A stretch of 64,000 nucleotides of DNA from the IMG/VR virus record IMGVR_UViG_3300042433_000146, positions 1-64,000 of that record, one strand, 5' to 3'. Origin of the DNA: a virus. Below, one piece after another: positions 23,446 to 32,677 of the stretch; within the stretch, counting starts at the first letter, position 1; each line of letters opens with the position of its first letter. The notes below the pieces were generated by a model. That model was not told the origin of the DNA. It made no database searches and was given only the letters and a program-made list of their open reading frames with translations. Made by a program: the position numbers and the translations under genes.

Positions 23446-24679
23446 ACTGGTCGATGAGGAACTGGACGAATTCGTTTTTTTCAATGGGTAGCCATCCTTG
23501 CTTCACATAAGAGTCAATCGTTTTCCGACTCACATGAATGAGGTTCGAAATCACGCTTCGGGAGAGTACTTCAGGAAGCGCCCGGTGCATCGTCTGGAAG
23601 TATTCCTTCCGTTTCCGGGTGCTCAATTCTAACAGGCTTTGAACGAAACCGTCCAGTGCTTTGGTTTGGCCTTTGGTGCTTGGGATGACGATCTTCTTGG
23701 TGAAGACGATGCCATGTTTGTCGCGGATGGTCTTGACGAATTTCTCTGTGCGGGATTGGCCTTTGGCTTTGAGAATGCGCCGGACATCAGCGATGCATCC
23801 TTGATTGTCTTTCAGGAGTTGAACGATTTCGGCTTCATCGTCGCGGAACCGATAATTGGTTCCGTTGCCGACGTTGAGTTCCTTCATGCGCCGTTCGACG
23901 GCCCACACCGGCCAGTCGATGATGCTACCGACCTTGGTGAATTCTCCGGGATAGGTGCGCATGACCTTATCGATTTCCGGGGTGGCGTGATACTTGGGAG
24001 AGCCGACCGGACGACCGTGCCCGATTTCTTTCCGTCGTTTCCAGATGGCTTGCCGGGGCCATCCGATCTGTTGGGCGATGTCTTTGGTCGGAGTCTCAGA
24101 AATGATGAGGGCATCGATTTCAGGTGTTGACACGTATTTTCTCTGACGTTCCTGTTTTGCTTGGGGCGGTTTGGGTGGATTCTTCGGACGACCTTTCCGG
24201 CCTATGCGGGCGATCAGATCCTCTTCAGTGAAGACGCCCAAGCTCAACCCGTATCGCATGACCCGTTCGGCGGACCAGTCCAGTTCCTTGGCGGCGCGGG
24301 ACGTATGCAATCCGTGCTTGTGTAGGATGGCAATTTCCTCTTCGGTGCATTTCAACTTTTCCGGGCGGCGGAACCGGTCATACTTGGGTGGTTCTGTCTT
24401 GGTTGATTCTGGCCGGAACGTCAACAGTACCGGGACCAACCAAGGACATCGAACGAAAAATTCCATCCACGACAAAAACAGTTTGCGGCTGGCACAAAAT
24501 GTGGCGAATAAAAAGGCAGTGCGGCTATTTTTCGTTCTTTCTATTTCGAGGGCAAGACGACGATTGGCCTTTTCTTCCTTCTTCTGTTGCTTTAACAGCC
24601 GGGCGGCTTCTTTCTCCGCTTCTCTGGCGAAACGCCGCCGCATGGAAGCGGCGTGCCGTTCGAGTCGTTTGTTCCACAT
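23384..24679 (-). CDS. multi-HTH DNA-binding protein
   Basis: Several HTH-like units (TSRAAKELDWSAERV, TKDIAQQIGWPRQAI, SRSVISNLIHVSRKTI). Confidence 0.6.
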   Translation of the reverse strand: MWNKRLERHAASMRRRFAREAEKEAARLLKQQKKEEKANRRLALEIERTKNSRTAFLFATFCASRKLFLSWMEFFVRCPWLVPVLLTFRPESTKTEPPKYDRFRRPEKLKCTEEEIAILHKHGLHTSRAAKELDWSAERVMRYGLSLGVFTEEDLIARIGRKGRPKNPPKPPQAKQERQRKYVSTPEIDALIISETPTKDIAQQIGWPRQAIWKRRKEIGHGRPVGSPKYHATPEIDKVMRTYPGEFTKVGSIIDWPVWAVERRMKELNVGNGTNYRFRDDEAEIVQLLKDNQGCIADVRRILKAKGQSRTEKFVKTIRDKHGIVFTKKIVIPSTKGQTKALDGFVQSLLELSTRKRKEYFQTMHRALPEVLSRSVISNLIHVSRKTIDSYVKQGWLPIEKNEFVQFLIDQCDYMSAMQGNEHQETATANG

Positions 24680-24717
24680 TCCTTGAACATTCTACCACAA
24701 CGACTCGTTTCTCAATG

Positions 24718-24738
24718 TGATACAATGACTTGTATGTC
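24718..24738 (+). promoter_or_regulatory. extended -10 promoter with palindrome covering the start codon
   Basis: TGA-TACAAT, then GACTTGTATGTC at 24727-24738. Confidence 0.7.
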
Positions 24739-25768
24739 TGATCTGCTCAGTCGTGATGAATTTCGAGAAGGCGTATTCCGCCGGGACGGTCATAAGTGTG
24801 TGATCTGTCAGGCGGCGGCACAAGACGCCCATCACATCCTTGAACGACGATTGTTCCACGACGGCGGCTACTACATGGATAACGGTGCGTCATTGTGTGG
24901 TGATTGTCACATGAAAGCGGAACAGACTGTTCTGTCGTGTGATGACATTCGGCGGGCCGCTGGTATCACGCGGGTGGTGCTACCGGAGCACATGTACCGT
25001 GACGCGATCTATGACAAATGGGGAAACATCGTCCAGCCCAACGGAACACGAATTCCGGGCGAACTGATGGAAGACGAATCTGTGCGGAAGGTGATGATGC
25101 CTTTGATCGCGGCGGGCATATTCGTCAAATATGTCAAGTACCCACGGACATATCATGTGCCGTGGAGTGAAGGGATCACTGATGATGAACGCGCCTTTGA
25201 CGATCCCGACCGGCTCTTCTGTGGGAAAGAAATCGTCATCACGGAGAAGATGGACGGAGAGAACACGACGCTGTACAGCGACTATCTTCACGCACGAAGT
25301 ATCGATAGCGGTTCGCATCCGTCGCGGGGTTGGGTCAAGAATCTCCACGCGCAAATTGCTCATCATATCCCGACCGGATGGCGGATTTGTGGAGAGAATC
25401 TGTATGCCCGGCACACCTTGCCGTATGATGATCTCCCAAGTTTCTTTCTGGCATTTTCGATTTGGGATGATCGAAATGTTTGTCTCTCTTGGGACGCCAC
25501 AGTCGAGTATGCATCAATCTTAGACCTTCACATGGTCCCGGTGATGTACCGTGGGCCGTATGATGGCAAGCTGGTGCGGGAGATTCACACACGACTCGAT
25601 TTGAAGCGACAGGAAGGGTATGTGATGCGGGTGGCTGATGAGTTTCCCTATCGGGCCTTCCGGCAATCCGTGGGGAAGTTTGTGCGCCGGGCACACGTCG
25701 GCACCGCACACAACTGGATGATGCAAGCCGTGGTTCCGAATGCGATGAAGCGGTCAGTTACTCTCTGA
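24734..25768 (+). CDS. HNH-domain / RNA ligase fusion
   Basis: CVICQ..DAHH..LCGDCH N-terminus; YPRTYH, EKMDGEN, GEN, EGYV ligase motifs. Confidence 0.8.
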   Translation: MSDLLSRDEFREGVFRRDGHKCVICQAAAQDAHHILERRLFHDGGYYMDNGASLCGDCHMKAEQTVLSCDDIRRAAGITRVVLPEHMYRDAIYDKWGNIVQPNGTRIPGELMEDESVRKVMMPLIAAGIFVKYVKYPRTYHVPWSEGITDDERAFDDPDRLFCGKEIVITEKMDGENTTLYSDYLHARSIDSGSHPSRGWVKNLHAQIAHHIPTGWRICGENLYARHTLPYDDLPSFFLAFSIWDDRNVCLSWDATVEYASILDLHMVPVMYRGPYDGKLVREIHTRLDLKRQEGYVMRVADEFPYRAFRQSVGKFVRRAHVGTAHNWMMQAVVPNAMKRSVTL

Positions 25769-25940
25769 CCAGATCGGCGCACGATGTCTTCGCAATGGAT
25801 GCCCGGAATTGCTCTTTCGTCACGTGGTATTCTTCGAGTATCTGATCGAACCGGCGTTGAGCATCATGGTGTTCAACGTCGCTCATCGAAAGCGCTTGTA
25901 AGGCGCGAACCAATTCAGTCATTGTTACAGGATCAATCAT
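25758..25940 (-). CDS. small hypothetical protein
   Basis: Fills the gap between two plus-strand genes. Confidence 0.35.
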   Translation of the reverse strand: MIDPVTMTELVRALQALSMSDVEHHDAQRRFDQILEEYHVTKEQFRASIAKTSCADLVRE

Positions 25941-26436
25941 GGTCATAAAACCGCCCGTTCCTACAGAGCATTTATCCCGACGCCGATATTCACCTATCGT
26001 GTTTCTGGCGGGGAGCATTGAGCAAGGGAAGGCGGCGCTATGGCAGGATGATGTGATTCTGGCGGCGGGCGAATCGACACCGGAGAACACGGAAGTGCTG
26101 TATCTGAATCCGCGCCGGGACGAATGGGACCCGACGTGGGTGCAATCGATCAACAATCCCGACTTCAACTATCAGGTGAATTGGGAAATGGATGGTATCG
26201 AAATGGCCGATATCGTCTTCTTCTATTTCCAGCCGGACACACTAGCACCGGTGACGATGCTTGAGTTGGGAGAAGCGTTAGCCAGCGGCAAGCGTTGTAT
26301 TGTCGTCTGCCCGGAAGGATACTGGCGGAAGGGCAATGTAGACATCGCTTGCCACCGGCGTGGGGTGACGGTCTATGAAACGCTGACGGAAGGCATCGCG
26401 GCGCTTGAGGATGCGTTCATTGGGGATTGGGACTGA
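25939..26436 (+). CDS. nucleoside 2-deoxyribosyltransferase-like protein
   Basis: VFLAGSI..WQ..NPRR..QVNWE..ADIVFFYF..PVTMLELG. Confidence 0.85.
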   Translation: MVIKPPVPTEHLSRRRYSPIVFLAGSIEQGKAALWQDDVILAAGESTPENTEVLYLNPRRDEWDPTWVQSINNPDFNYQVNWEMDGIEMADIVFFYFQPDTLAPVTMLELGEALASGKRCIVVCPEGYWRKGNVDIACHRRGVTVYETLTEGIAALEDAFIGDWD

Positions 26437-26933
26437 TAGCTGAACAAGCTGTCCAGTTCTCCCCACATACCGGCGAACTCATCTTCCCGGCGAAGGGCGG
26501 CGCGGAAGCCGGGGTATTCTTTCCGGTACATGGCGAACATGCCGGGGTTGTTGTCCTTGGCGTTGCGGGAGTTCGCCAGCCGGTCGGCAAGTTTCAAAGC
26601 GACCCGTCGTTCGTCTTCCCGGATTTTGGGATACGTGCGGATGGCTTTCTCTTTCCGGTTGTTTCCCGGCTCATTGGTGACGCCTTCTACCAGCCCGGCG
26701 ACATCGACACCGAACCGGGCTTGGATCTCTTGGATGGCGACGCCGCAATCTTCGACGACATCGTGTAGATGACCAGACGCCAGTAGTTCTGGATCGTCAT
26801 CGAAGTTGTATTCGATCAGGACATCAACGACAGCATCGGTGTGGGTGGTGTATGGTTGGTGGCCGTAGGTTTGGCCTTTATGCGCTTGCGCCGCGAACAG
26901 CCGCGCTTGTTCGACCAGATTTTTCATGGTCAT
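26373..26933 (-). CDS. HD-domain small alarmone hydrolase (Mesh1/SpoT-HD-like)
   Basis: FAAQAH..Q...PY..H...HLHDVVED...KLADRLAN. Confidence 0.85.
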   Translation of the reverse strand: MTMKNLVEQARLFAAQAHKGQTYGHQPYTTHTDAVVDVLIEYNFDDDPELLASGHLHDVVEDCGVAIQEIQARFGVDVAGLVEGVTNEPGNNRKEKAIRTYPKIREDERRVALKLADRLANSRNAKDNNPGMFAMYRKEYPGFRAALRREDEFAGMWGELDSLFSYQSQSPMNASSSAAMPSVSVS

Positions 26934-27528
26934 CTTCCTTTAGATCAAACGTTAGAATGCCAATCAGCCAGTACTTATCGACCTTGGTGATATCGATTTG
27001 TTCCGGGTGTTTGGCGATGAATCGTCTGATCTCTTCCTTGGTGTAGTGCCAGTCGCGCCCGTTCGGTTTCGTTCCGTGGATGATCCCGGTTTGGGTCATC
27101 TTTTCAATAGAGGGCTTGCCGATATGTAGATGCTTCGAAAGTTCCGTGGCATTGTAGCCATTGGCGTATAGAAGCTCACGGACGCCGCCGATACGTCCAA
27201 TCCGGGCCACGATAGCCGAAAGGGTGCGCGGAGTGTCAGGGAACGCCTTATTGAATAGCTGATGAAGTTGAACAGGTGCCGTGGCGATGTTTTTCCACAG
27301 GAAGTCGTCTTCTTCCGGCGACCAGAAAAAAGCCGACTTGCGCGGTTTGGTCAGGCCAAGTTCAATCGCGCGCCGGTTGACATCGTTTTCACTGTAGACC
27401 TTTTTAGTCTTCGAGCGAATCTCATCGATGGCAATGAGCGCGCAATTGTTACCTTTGTCCCGATGGTAGACATCCATGACGATGATGTCGATATCGGGAG
27501 TGAATGTGCGGGTGCTAGTTCGCGGCAT
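26878..27528 (-). CDS. putative DNA-binding protein (Myb-like repeat + HTH)
   Basis: WSPEEDDFL; YNATELSKHLHIGKPSI...WHYTKEEIRRF. Confidence 0.6.
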   Translation of the reverse strand: MPRTSTRTFTPDIDIIVMDVYHRDKGNNCALIAIDEIRSKTKKVYSENDVNRRAIELGLTKPRKSAFFWSPEEDDFLWKNIATAPVQLHQLFNKAFPDTPRTLSAIVARIGRIGGVRELLYANGYNATELSKHLHIGKPSIEKMTQTGIIHGTKPNGRDWHYTKEEIRRFIAKHPEQIDITKVDKYWLIGILTFDLKEDDHEKSGRTSAAVRGASA

Positions 27529-27754
27529 TGGCGGTGCTCACGCCGACCGCTGTCAGACCATTACGCATACGGACGGAGTACCGTTCTTGCGGTGGTACCA
27601 TTTGACGGATCAATTTCATCAGGGTCGTCGAAGTGATACCGTACTTGCGCATCAGATCGTTTTGAGACAGCACCCGGTAGTCTGCCCGGAACTGGTCCGG
27701 GTCGATTTCAACCGTATTGGCTTTACGACTCATAATCTCTAGGGTAACAGACAT
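27515..27754 (-). CDS. small HTH protein
   Basis: SQNDLMRKYGITSTTLMKL. Confidence 0.55.
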   Translation of the reverse strand: MSVTLEIMSRKANTVEIDPDQFRADYRVLSQNDLMRKYGITSTTLMKLIRQMVPPQERYSVRMRNGLTAVGVSTANAAN

Positions 27755-27757
27755 TTG

Positions 27758-28051
27758 TTATGCGTGCGGCAAATAGATGCCGCGTTCCTCTTTCCTTGGG
27801 GTGATAGCGTAGTCCGGGGCAAGGTCAACCCACATCCGCCGGGCCGCGTCTCCACTCCGCTTCCGTCGCACGACGGCATTCCGCATATGCTTCCAGCCGT
27901 CTTTCTTTGTGAACCTTTCCCGTAGTGTTTTCAAGATGTTAGCCGCCCCGTCACCGGGAATCACTACCAGTCGGACTTCAGTGCTAAGTGACTGAAAAGA
28001 AATGCCGTCCGCCCGGCGTTCGCACAAGATTTGGTTGGCCTTATCCTTCAC
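27758..28051 (-). CDS. hypothetical protein
   Basis: GTG start 6 nt after the -10 of an early promoter. Confidence 0.55.
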   Translation of the reverse strand: MKDKANQILCERRADGISFQSLSTEVRLVVIPGDGAANILKTLRERFTKKDGWKHMRNAVVRRKRSGDAARRMWVDLAPDYAITPRKEERGIYLPHA

Positions 28052-28057
28052 GATTCC

Positions 28058-28086
28058 ATTATCACCTATTCTGACGCATATGTCAA
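28058..28086 (-). promoter_or_regulatory. early promoter with palindrome variant
   Basis: TTGACA-17-GATAAT; GACGCATATGTC at 28073-28084. Confidence 0.7.
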
Positions 28087-28123
28087 GCCTTTTTCTCTCC
28101 GGGCACGATCCTACATAACTTGT

Positions 28124-28702
28124 GTGAGCGAAAGGACTTTTGACATCGAAACAAAGCTAATCGGCCTCTTGCGTCTATCCGAATCCAAAACGGAAGGCAC
28201 GGAGCACGAAGCGGCGCTGGCGCTCGAAACGGCGATCCGGTTGGCGGCAAAGCACGGCATCAAGCTGTCGTCGTTGAATGATAAGAGAAACGAGTTTTCC
28301 AACACGAAAACATGGTTCCGGGGCGGCACTGCATCCAGTTCAGAGACGACTGAATATGTCGCGCCGGAATTCGTACAGGTCGCCCGGTGGTGTAAGTTTG
28401 CGGAAGCGAATGGGTGGACCCGTTTCCGGCGGACGTATGACGCCAAGGAAGGGACGATCTATGCATATCGTATCGAGGGACGGACACCAAAACTTGAACT
28501 CCGTATCTTTGATCGACCGTGGGGTGATGTTGAATTTGAAGTCGTTCGCAACCCGGACCCGATCATCGGACAGTTCGAAGTGTGGATGAACAACATTTTC
28601 GACGTGATTCATCTTGGAGTGACCTATGAAGACCTTCGAGAGTGGGTGAATATGAATGGGCGGGCATTGCCTTCGACAACGCCCCTAAATACTGGTGCAT
28701 GA
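28124..28702 (+). CDS. DUF2786-like N-terminal domain protein
   Basis: KLIGLLRLSES...EHEAALALETAIRLAAKHGI. Confidence 0.7.
   Translation: MSERTFDIETKLIGLLRLSESKTEGTEHEAALALETAIRLAAKHGIKLSSLNDKRNEFSNTKTWFRGGTASSSETTEYVAPEFVQVARWCKFAEANGWTRFRRTYDAKEGTIYAYRIEGRTPKLELRIFDRPWGDVEFEVVRNPDPIIGQFEVWMNNIFDVIHLGVTYEDLREWVNMNGRALPSTTPLNTGA
28686..28691 (+). promoter_or_regulatory. T4-type late promoter
   Basis: TAAATA 7 nt before ATG 28699. Confidence 0.7.
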
Positions 28703-29181
28703 AGCCACCTATTTCCGACCGGATCAACGACGCATTAGGGTTATCGTCGTTTGAAGAATCCGTCGAAGCGATGTCGCCAACAGTGGATGTTGTTGCACCG
28801 GTGCCGACAGATGAGATAGCCCCGGTGTGTGTCGCTACGGGTGACCCGGAGCGGGATGCGGACGCCGATCTCCAGTATGCGCGGCAAAATCTTCGGGTGA
28901 TGCAAGAGAAGGCGCAAGAAGCTGTGGACGCTTGTATGGACTTCGCCCGGCAATCGGACAACCCGAAAGCCTATGAAGCACTGGCACAAATCCTACAGGC
29001 GGGCATTACAGCATCCACGGCTCTGATGGGAGTCAACAAGACCCGCACCGACATTCGACTGAAAAGCGGCAAGGATGGTTCTGTCGCTCCGAACGTAAAT
29101 AATACAGCCGTCGTGATTACGACTACGGATCTTTTGAAAATGGTCCGGGAATCCAACGAAGTTATTGACGCGGAGATATAG
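28699..29181 (+). CDS. gp16: terminase small subunit (T4 gp16-like)
   Basis: DLQYARQNL...A.QSDNPKAYEAL...VNNTAVVITTTDLLKM. Confidence 0.8.
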   Translation: MKPPISDRINDALGLSSFEESVEAMSPTVDVVAPVPTDEIAPVCVATGDPERDADADLQYARQNLRVMQEKAQEAVDACMDFARQSDNPKAYEALAQILQAGITASTALMGVNKTRTDIRLKSGKDGSVAPNVNNTAVVITTTDLLKMVRESNEVIDAEI

Positions 29182-29184
29182 AAA

Positions 29185-30252
29185 GTGCCTAATCCCAACA
29201 CAGCCAAATTCCCATCGGAGTTGCCGACCGATAACGATCTGCAAGTCGCCTCACGGCGCGCAATCGGTAATCTTGACGAAGACATCACAACCAATAGCAC
29301 CACGTTTCGTATCAAGGTTGGGCAAGGCTTGCGCTTTCAGGTACCCTGTCTGATTCAAGTCGATCAGGAAATCATGCGGGTCAAAGCCAAGACCGGCGAC
29401 ATTCTCCAACAGATCGACCGTGGATTCGCGGGATCGAATGCGACACCGCACTCCAACAACACCGAAATCCGTGGCTACATTCTGGACTGGCACCACAATC
29501 AGATGGCGGCGGAAATCAAAGCCATCGCTCAGGCGCTTGGTATCAACTTGGCGAATGTGGTGCGACACGTCGATGTCACGTCCAACGGAGACATCACAGG
29601 TGTGTTCAACAACCTTGTGCTGAAGCCGGTTGGCACAGCGGGCACATATGGCGGCGCGGGCAAGTGGCTACAGATCACAACCGACTCGAAAGGTCGGGTG
29701 GTCTTAGCGACGAATCAAGACGGATACCGATACTTCCCGATCTTCTACAAGGCGGCAATCGTTCAAGGAACAAATGCGGTCCTTGGTTTTTCATTTGCTA
29801 ACGTGGATGCGCCGAACGCGGTTCCGGTGACGGGAACAAACGGAAGTCTCTTCGCGGTGGCATCATTCACACAGACGAATGAGTATTGGGTACAGGACCA
29901 TTTCACGCTCCCTGAAGATTGGGATGACGAAGAGCCGGTGACCGTGGATATCATCTGGCGCATCAACGCAACGTCTGGCAATGTGAAGTGGAAGCTGTGG
30001 ACGACTTCGATGCGCAACGGATCGGATTCCGATCCGGCTTTCCAGTTAACGCCGGACAGTGTAACGACTACCGTACCGACCCCGGCCTATACGGTTGTGC
30101 GGTCGATCATTCCGGCGATGCATGTGAATGGATTCCAAGCCGGGGATGAAGTCTTTTTCAAGTTCGCCCGTGCTGATGACGACACAGCGGCGGCGGCGGC
30201 GGAATTGATTGCTCTGCGGTTCAACATCGCACGTAAGTTCACTTTGTTCTAA
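29185..30252 (+). CDS. virion/tail-fibre protein
   Basis: N-domain shared with 39937..40914 (NPNT..FP...PTD...HHNQ.AAEI); GTAGTY...ITTDSKGRV fibre motif. Confidence 0.65.
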   Translation: MPNPNTAKFPSELPTDNDLQVASRRAIGNLDEDITTNSTTFRIKVGQGLRFQVPCLIQVDQEIMRVKAKTGDILQQIDRGFAGSNATPHSNNTEIRGYILDWHHNQMAAEIKAIAQALGINLANVVRHVDVTSNGDITGVFNNLVLKPVGTAGTYGGAGKWLQITTDSKGRVVLATNQDGYRYFPIFYKAAIVQGTNAVLGFSFANVDAPNAVPVTGTNGSLFAVASFTQTNEYWVQDHFTLPEDWDDEEPVTVDIIWRINATSGNVKWKLWTTSMRNGSDSDPAFQLTPDSVTTTVPTPAYTVVRSIIPAMHVNGFQAGDEVFFKFARADDDTAAAAAELIALRFNIARKFTLF

Positions 30253-30261
30253 GAGGTACTG

Positions 30262-31275
30262 ATGGCACTACAGTTCATGGAAGGATTTGACCACTACACG
30301 ACAGGCCAAGCCGGTCGCAAGTGGACTTCTGTCGTCGGAAACGGGGCAATCGTCGCGCCGGGCCGCTTTGGTGGTCAGGCGTGGCAGTTCAACAATGTCG
30401 GCACCACCAGCTATTTGGAACAGAACCTCACCGCACGGGATACCTTCATCCTTGGTGTGGCGCTTCAGATCGGCTACGGTGATGCGACCACGCCGATCAT
30501 TCGGTTCATGGATGACAACAACGACCAAGTAGACATCCGTGTCACATCAACCGCCGGGTTTCAATTCACGCGCGCCGGTGTTCCATTAGGGACCACGGCG
30601 GACAACGTGATCGCGTTCGGTTACTTCAACTACATCGAAGCCAAGGTATTGGTTGATAACACGGTTGGATACGTTCAGTTGCGTATTAACGGCGCGGAAG
30701 TACTGAACGTTCCGGCGCTGGATACACAAGCAACTTCAAACTCCCGGATCAACAAGATTCGATTCCAGCCTTTCTCAAACAGCGGTTCGTATGATATGCG
30801 GTTGGATGACATCTACATCTTGGACGATACGGGAACATTCGACAATGCCTTTCTTGGTGAATGCCGGGTTGAGACTCGGTTTCCGTCCGCCAATGGTGCA
30901 TTTGTAGAATTCACACCGGTTGGCGCGGGATCGAATTTTCAATGTGTCGATGAGACGACCAGTAACGAAGATACCGACTACACGCAAGGAAACATCGTCG
31001 GCAACCGCGATTTGTTCACTGTTTCAACCTACAGCTTTGTGGGTCAGGTGTATGGTGTTCAGGTCAGTGTGACCCATCGGAAAGACGACGTAGGTAACCG
31101 TATTGTGGCACCGCTGGCGCGGGTCAATAGCACGCTATACGAAGGATCACAGGATACGTGTTTGAGCCAATACAAAATGGCAAAGAAGATTTGGGAGAGA
31201 AACCCGAACACAAACGCACAATGGACCGTAGCTGACGTGAATGCGGGACAGTACGGAATTATCGTCAAGGGATAA
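30262..31275 (+). CDS. tail-fibre/virion protein, ConA-like family copy 1
   Basis: MALQFMEGFDHY...GECRV...RKDDVGNR. Confidence 0.7.
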   Translation: MALQFMEGFDHYTTGQAGRKWTSVVGNGAIVAPGRFGGQAWQFNNVGTTSYLEQNLTARDTFILGVALQIGYGDATTPIIRFMDDNNDQVDIRVTSTAGFQFTRAGVPLGTTADNVIAFGYFNYIEAKVLVDNTVGYVQLRINGAEVLNVPALDTQATSNSRINKIRFQPFSNSGSYDMRLDDIYILDDTGTFDNAFLGECRVETRFPSANGAFVEFTPVGAGSNFQCVDETTSNEDTDYTQGNIVGNRDLFTVSTYSFVGQVYGVQVSVTHRKDDVGNRIVAPLARVNSTLYEGSQDTCLSQYKMAKKIWERNPNTNAQWTVADVNAGQYGIIVKG

Positions 31276-31278
31276 AAA

Positions 31279-32397
31279 ATGGCTCTGCTCTTCATGGATG
31301 GTTTCGACCATTACAACTACAACGGGACCGCACAGAAGAAATGGGACAATCCAATTGCCTTCAGCGGGTATACCAGTGGCGCTTCATCGGGTCGATTCAG
31401 TACTGGTGGAGTCAGCCCGAATGGATCGGGAAACCTCTTCTGTCATCAGTGGGCCGGGATGAACAAGACATTCGTTTGGACTCCCACTCCCCCATCGGAA
31501 CTCATCATTGGATTTGCAGCGAAGTTTGATTTCACTTCAGAGGTTCATCCTTTTCTTCAGATCCTTGGCGACAACGGCAGACCGCAAGTTCAGTTTTGGT
31601 TAGACGCGATTGGCGGCGATATCAAACTGGTTCTGGCTGATCCAGCGGCGCTTGCCGTTCCGGTGAGTGATACTCCTTTTCCGACCGGCACGCTCATTGC
31701 GAACACCGGGTTTGTTCCGCCGATTGGTTTGTGGTTCTACTTCGAAACGAAGATTCTTTTCAGCACAGGATCAACGGGGCGAATTGACATTCAGTTGGAC
31801 TCTACTCCCTTTGTGAGTATCACCAACATCAAAACATCCAACACCGGGACCAGCTATTTCAAGGGATGGCGGATCACGGGACTAGAACAGTTCAGTTCCG
31901 GCTTCACCATCGACGATCTTTATATCGCGGACAATCTTCCGGGCAACATAACGGATTTCGTGGGTGAAGTACGGGTACAGACCATGTATCCCGATGCGGA
32001 AGGGTTCCAGAACGATTTCTTTCCTTCAACCGGCACCAACAATGCTACCAACGTCAACTTGGCCCGGACAAACTGGACGGAAACGACTCCGACCGCGAAG
32101 TATAACTTCTCAGGCACGATCAACGCCATCGACCTGTACAGCATCGGCAACTACACCATCGCCGGAACCATCTTTGGCGTCCAAGCGAATTTGTCTCATC
32201 GTAAAGATGACGTAGGCGCGCGACGTGTCGCACCTATTCTTCGAACGGGTGGAAACATCTACGTCGGGGATGATGTGCCGCAATACTCCGACTATACGTG
32301 GGCCGGGCACATTTGGGAAGAGAATCCGGCACTAGCCTTGCCGTGGACTTTGACCGAACTGAATCAGGCCGAATTCGGTATCAAGATCGTCAGCTAA
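31279..32397 (+). CDS. tail-fibre/virion protein, ConA-like family copy 2
   Basis: MALLFMDGFDHY...GEVRV...RKDDVGAR. Confidence 0.7.
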   Translation: MALLFMDGFDHYNYNGTAQKKWDNPIAFSGYTSGASSGRFSTGGVSPNGSGNLFCHQWAGMNKTFVWTPTPPSELIIGFAAKFDFTSEVHPFLQILGDNGRPQVQFWLDAIGGDIKLVLADPAALAVPVSDTPFPTGTLIANTGFVPPIGLWFYFETKILFSTGSTGRIDIQLDSTPFVSITNIKTSNTGTSYFKGWRITGLEQFSSGFTIDDLYIADNLPGNITDFVGEVRVQTMYPDAEGFQNDFFPSTGTNNATNVNLARTNWTETTPTAKYNFSGTINAIDLYSIGNYTIAGTIFGVQANLSHRKDDVGARRVAPILRTGGNIYVGDDVPQYSDYTWAGHIWEENPALALPWTLTELNQAEFGIKIVS

Positions 32398-32416
32398 GAC
32401 AGACCATAAAAACACA

Positions 32417-32458
32417 GCGGCTCACCATCAACCGGTTTGGTGGTGAGCCGCCTTTTTG
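32417..32458. terminator. bidirectional terminator
   Basis: GCGGCTCACCATCA-7-TGGTGGTGAGCCGC then CTTTTT. Confidence 0.8.
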
Positions 32459-32626
32459 TGCCCGAACCGAAGTCTTGGAGCATTCATCCTTTCGTCAAAA
32501 CGCTGTTCGTTGTATCCCGAATCTTTTTCTATCCCAATAGACTTTTGAGCTTGTGGCCCTACTCTGGCCGGTTCAGTTTGAACGGAAGATCGCGACCCGG
32601 AATCGTCTTCAACCATTCACATTTTG

Positions 32627-32655
32627 ATTGTATCCGACACCTACCCCTATGTCAA
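32627..32655 (-). promoter_or_regulatory. sigma70 promoter inside the late structural region
   Basis: TTGACA-17-TACAAT; drives a short transcript or ORF 32428..32616. Confidence 0.65.
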
Positions 32656-32662
32656 TCCCTTC

Positions 32663-32668
32663 TAAATA
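32663..32668 (+). promoter_or_regulatory. T4-type late promoter
   Basis: TAAATA 9 nt before ATG 32678. Confidence 0.7.
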
Positions 32669-32677
32669 GTTTTCGAA

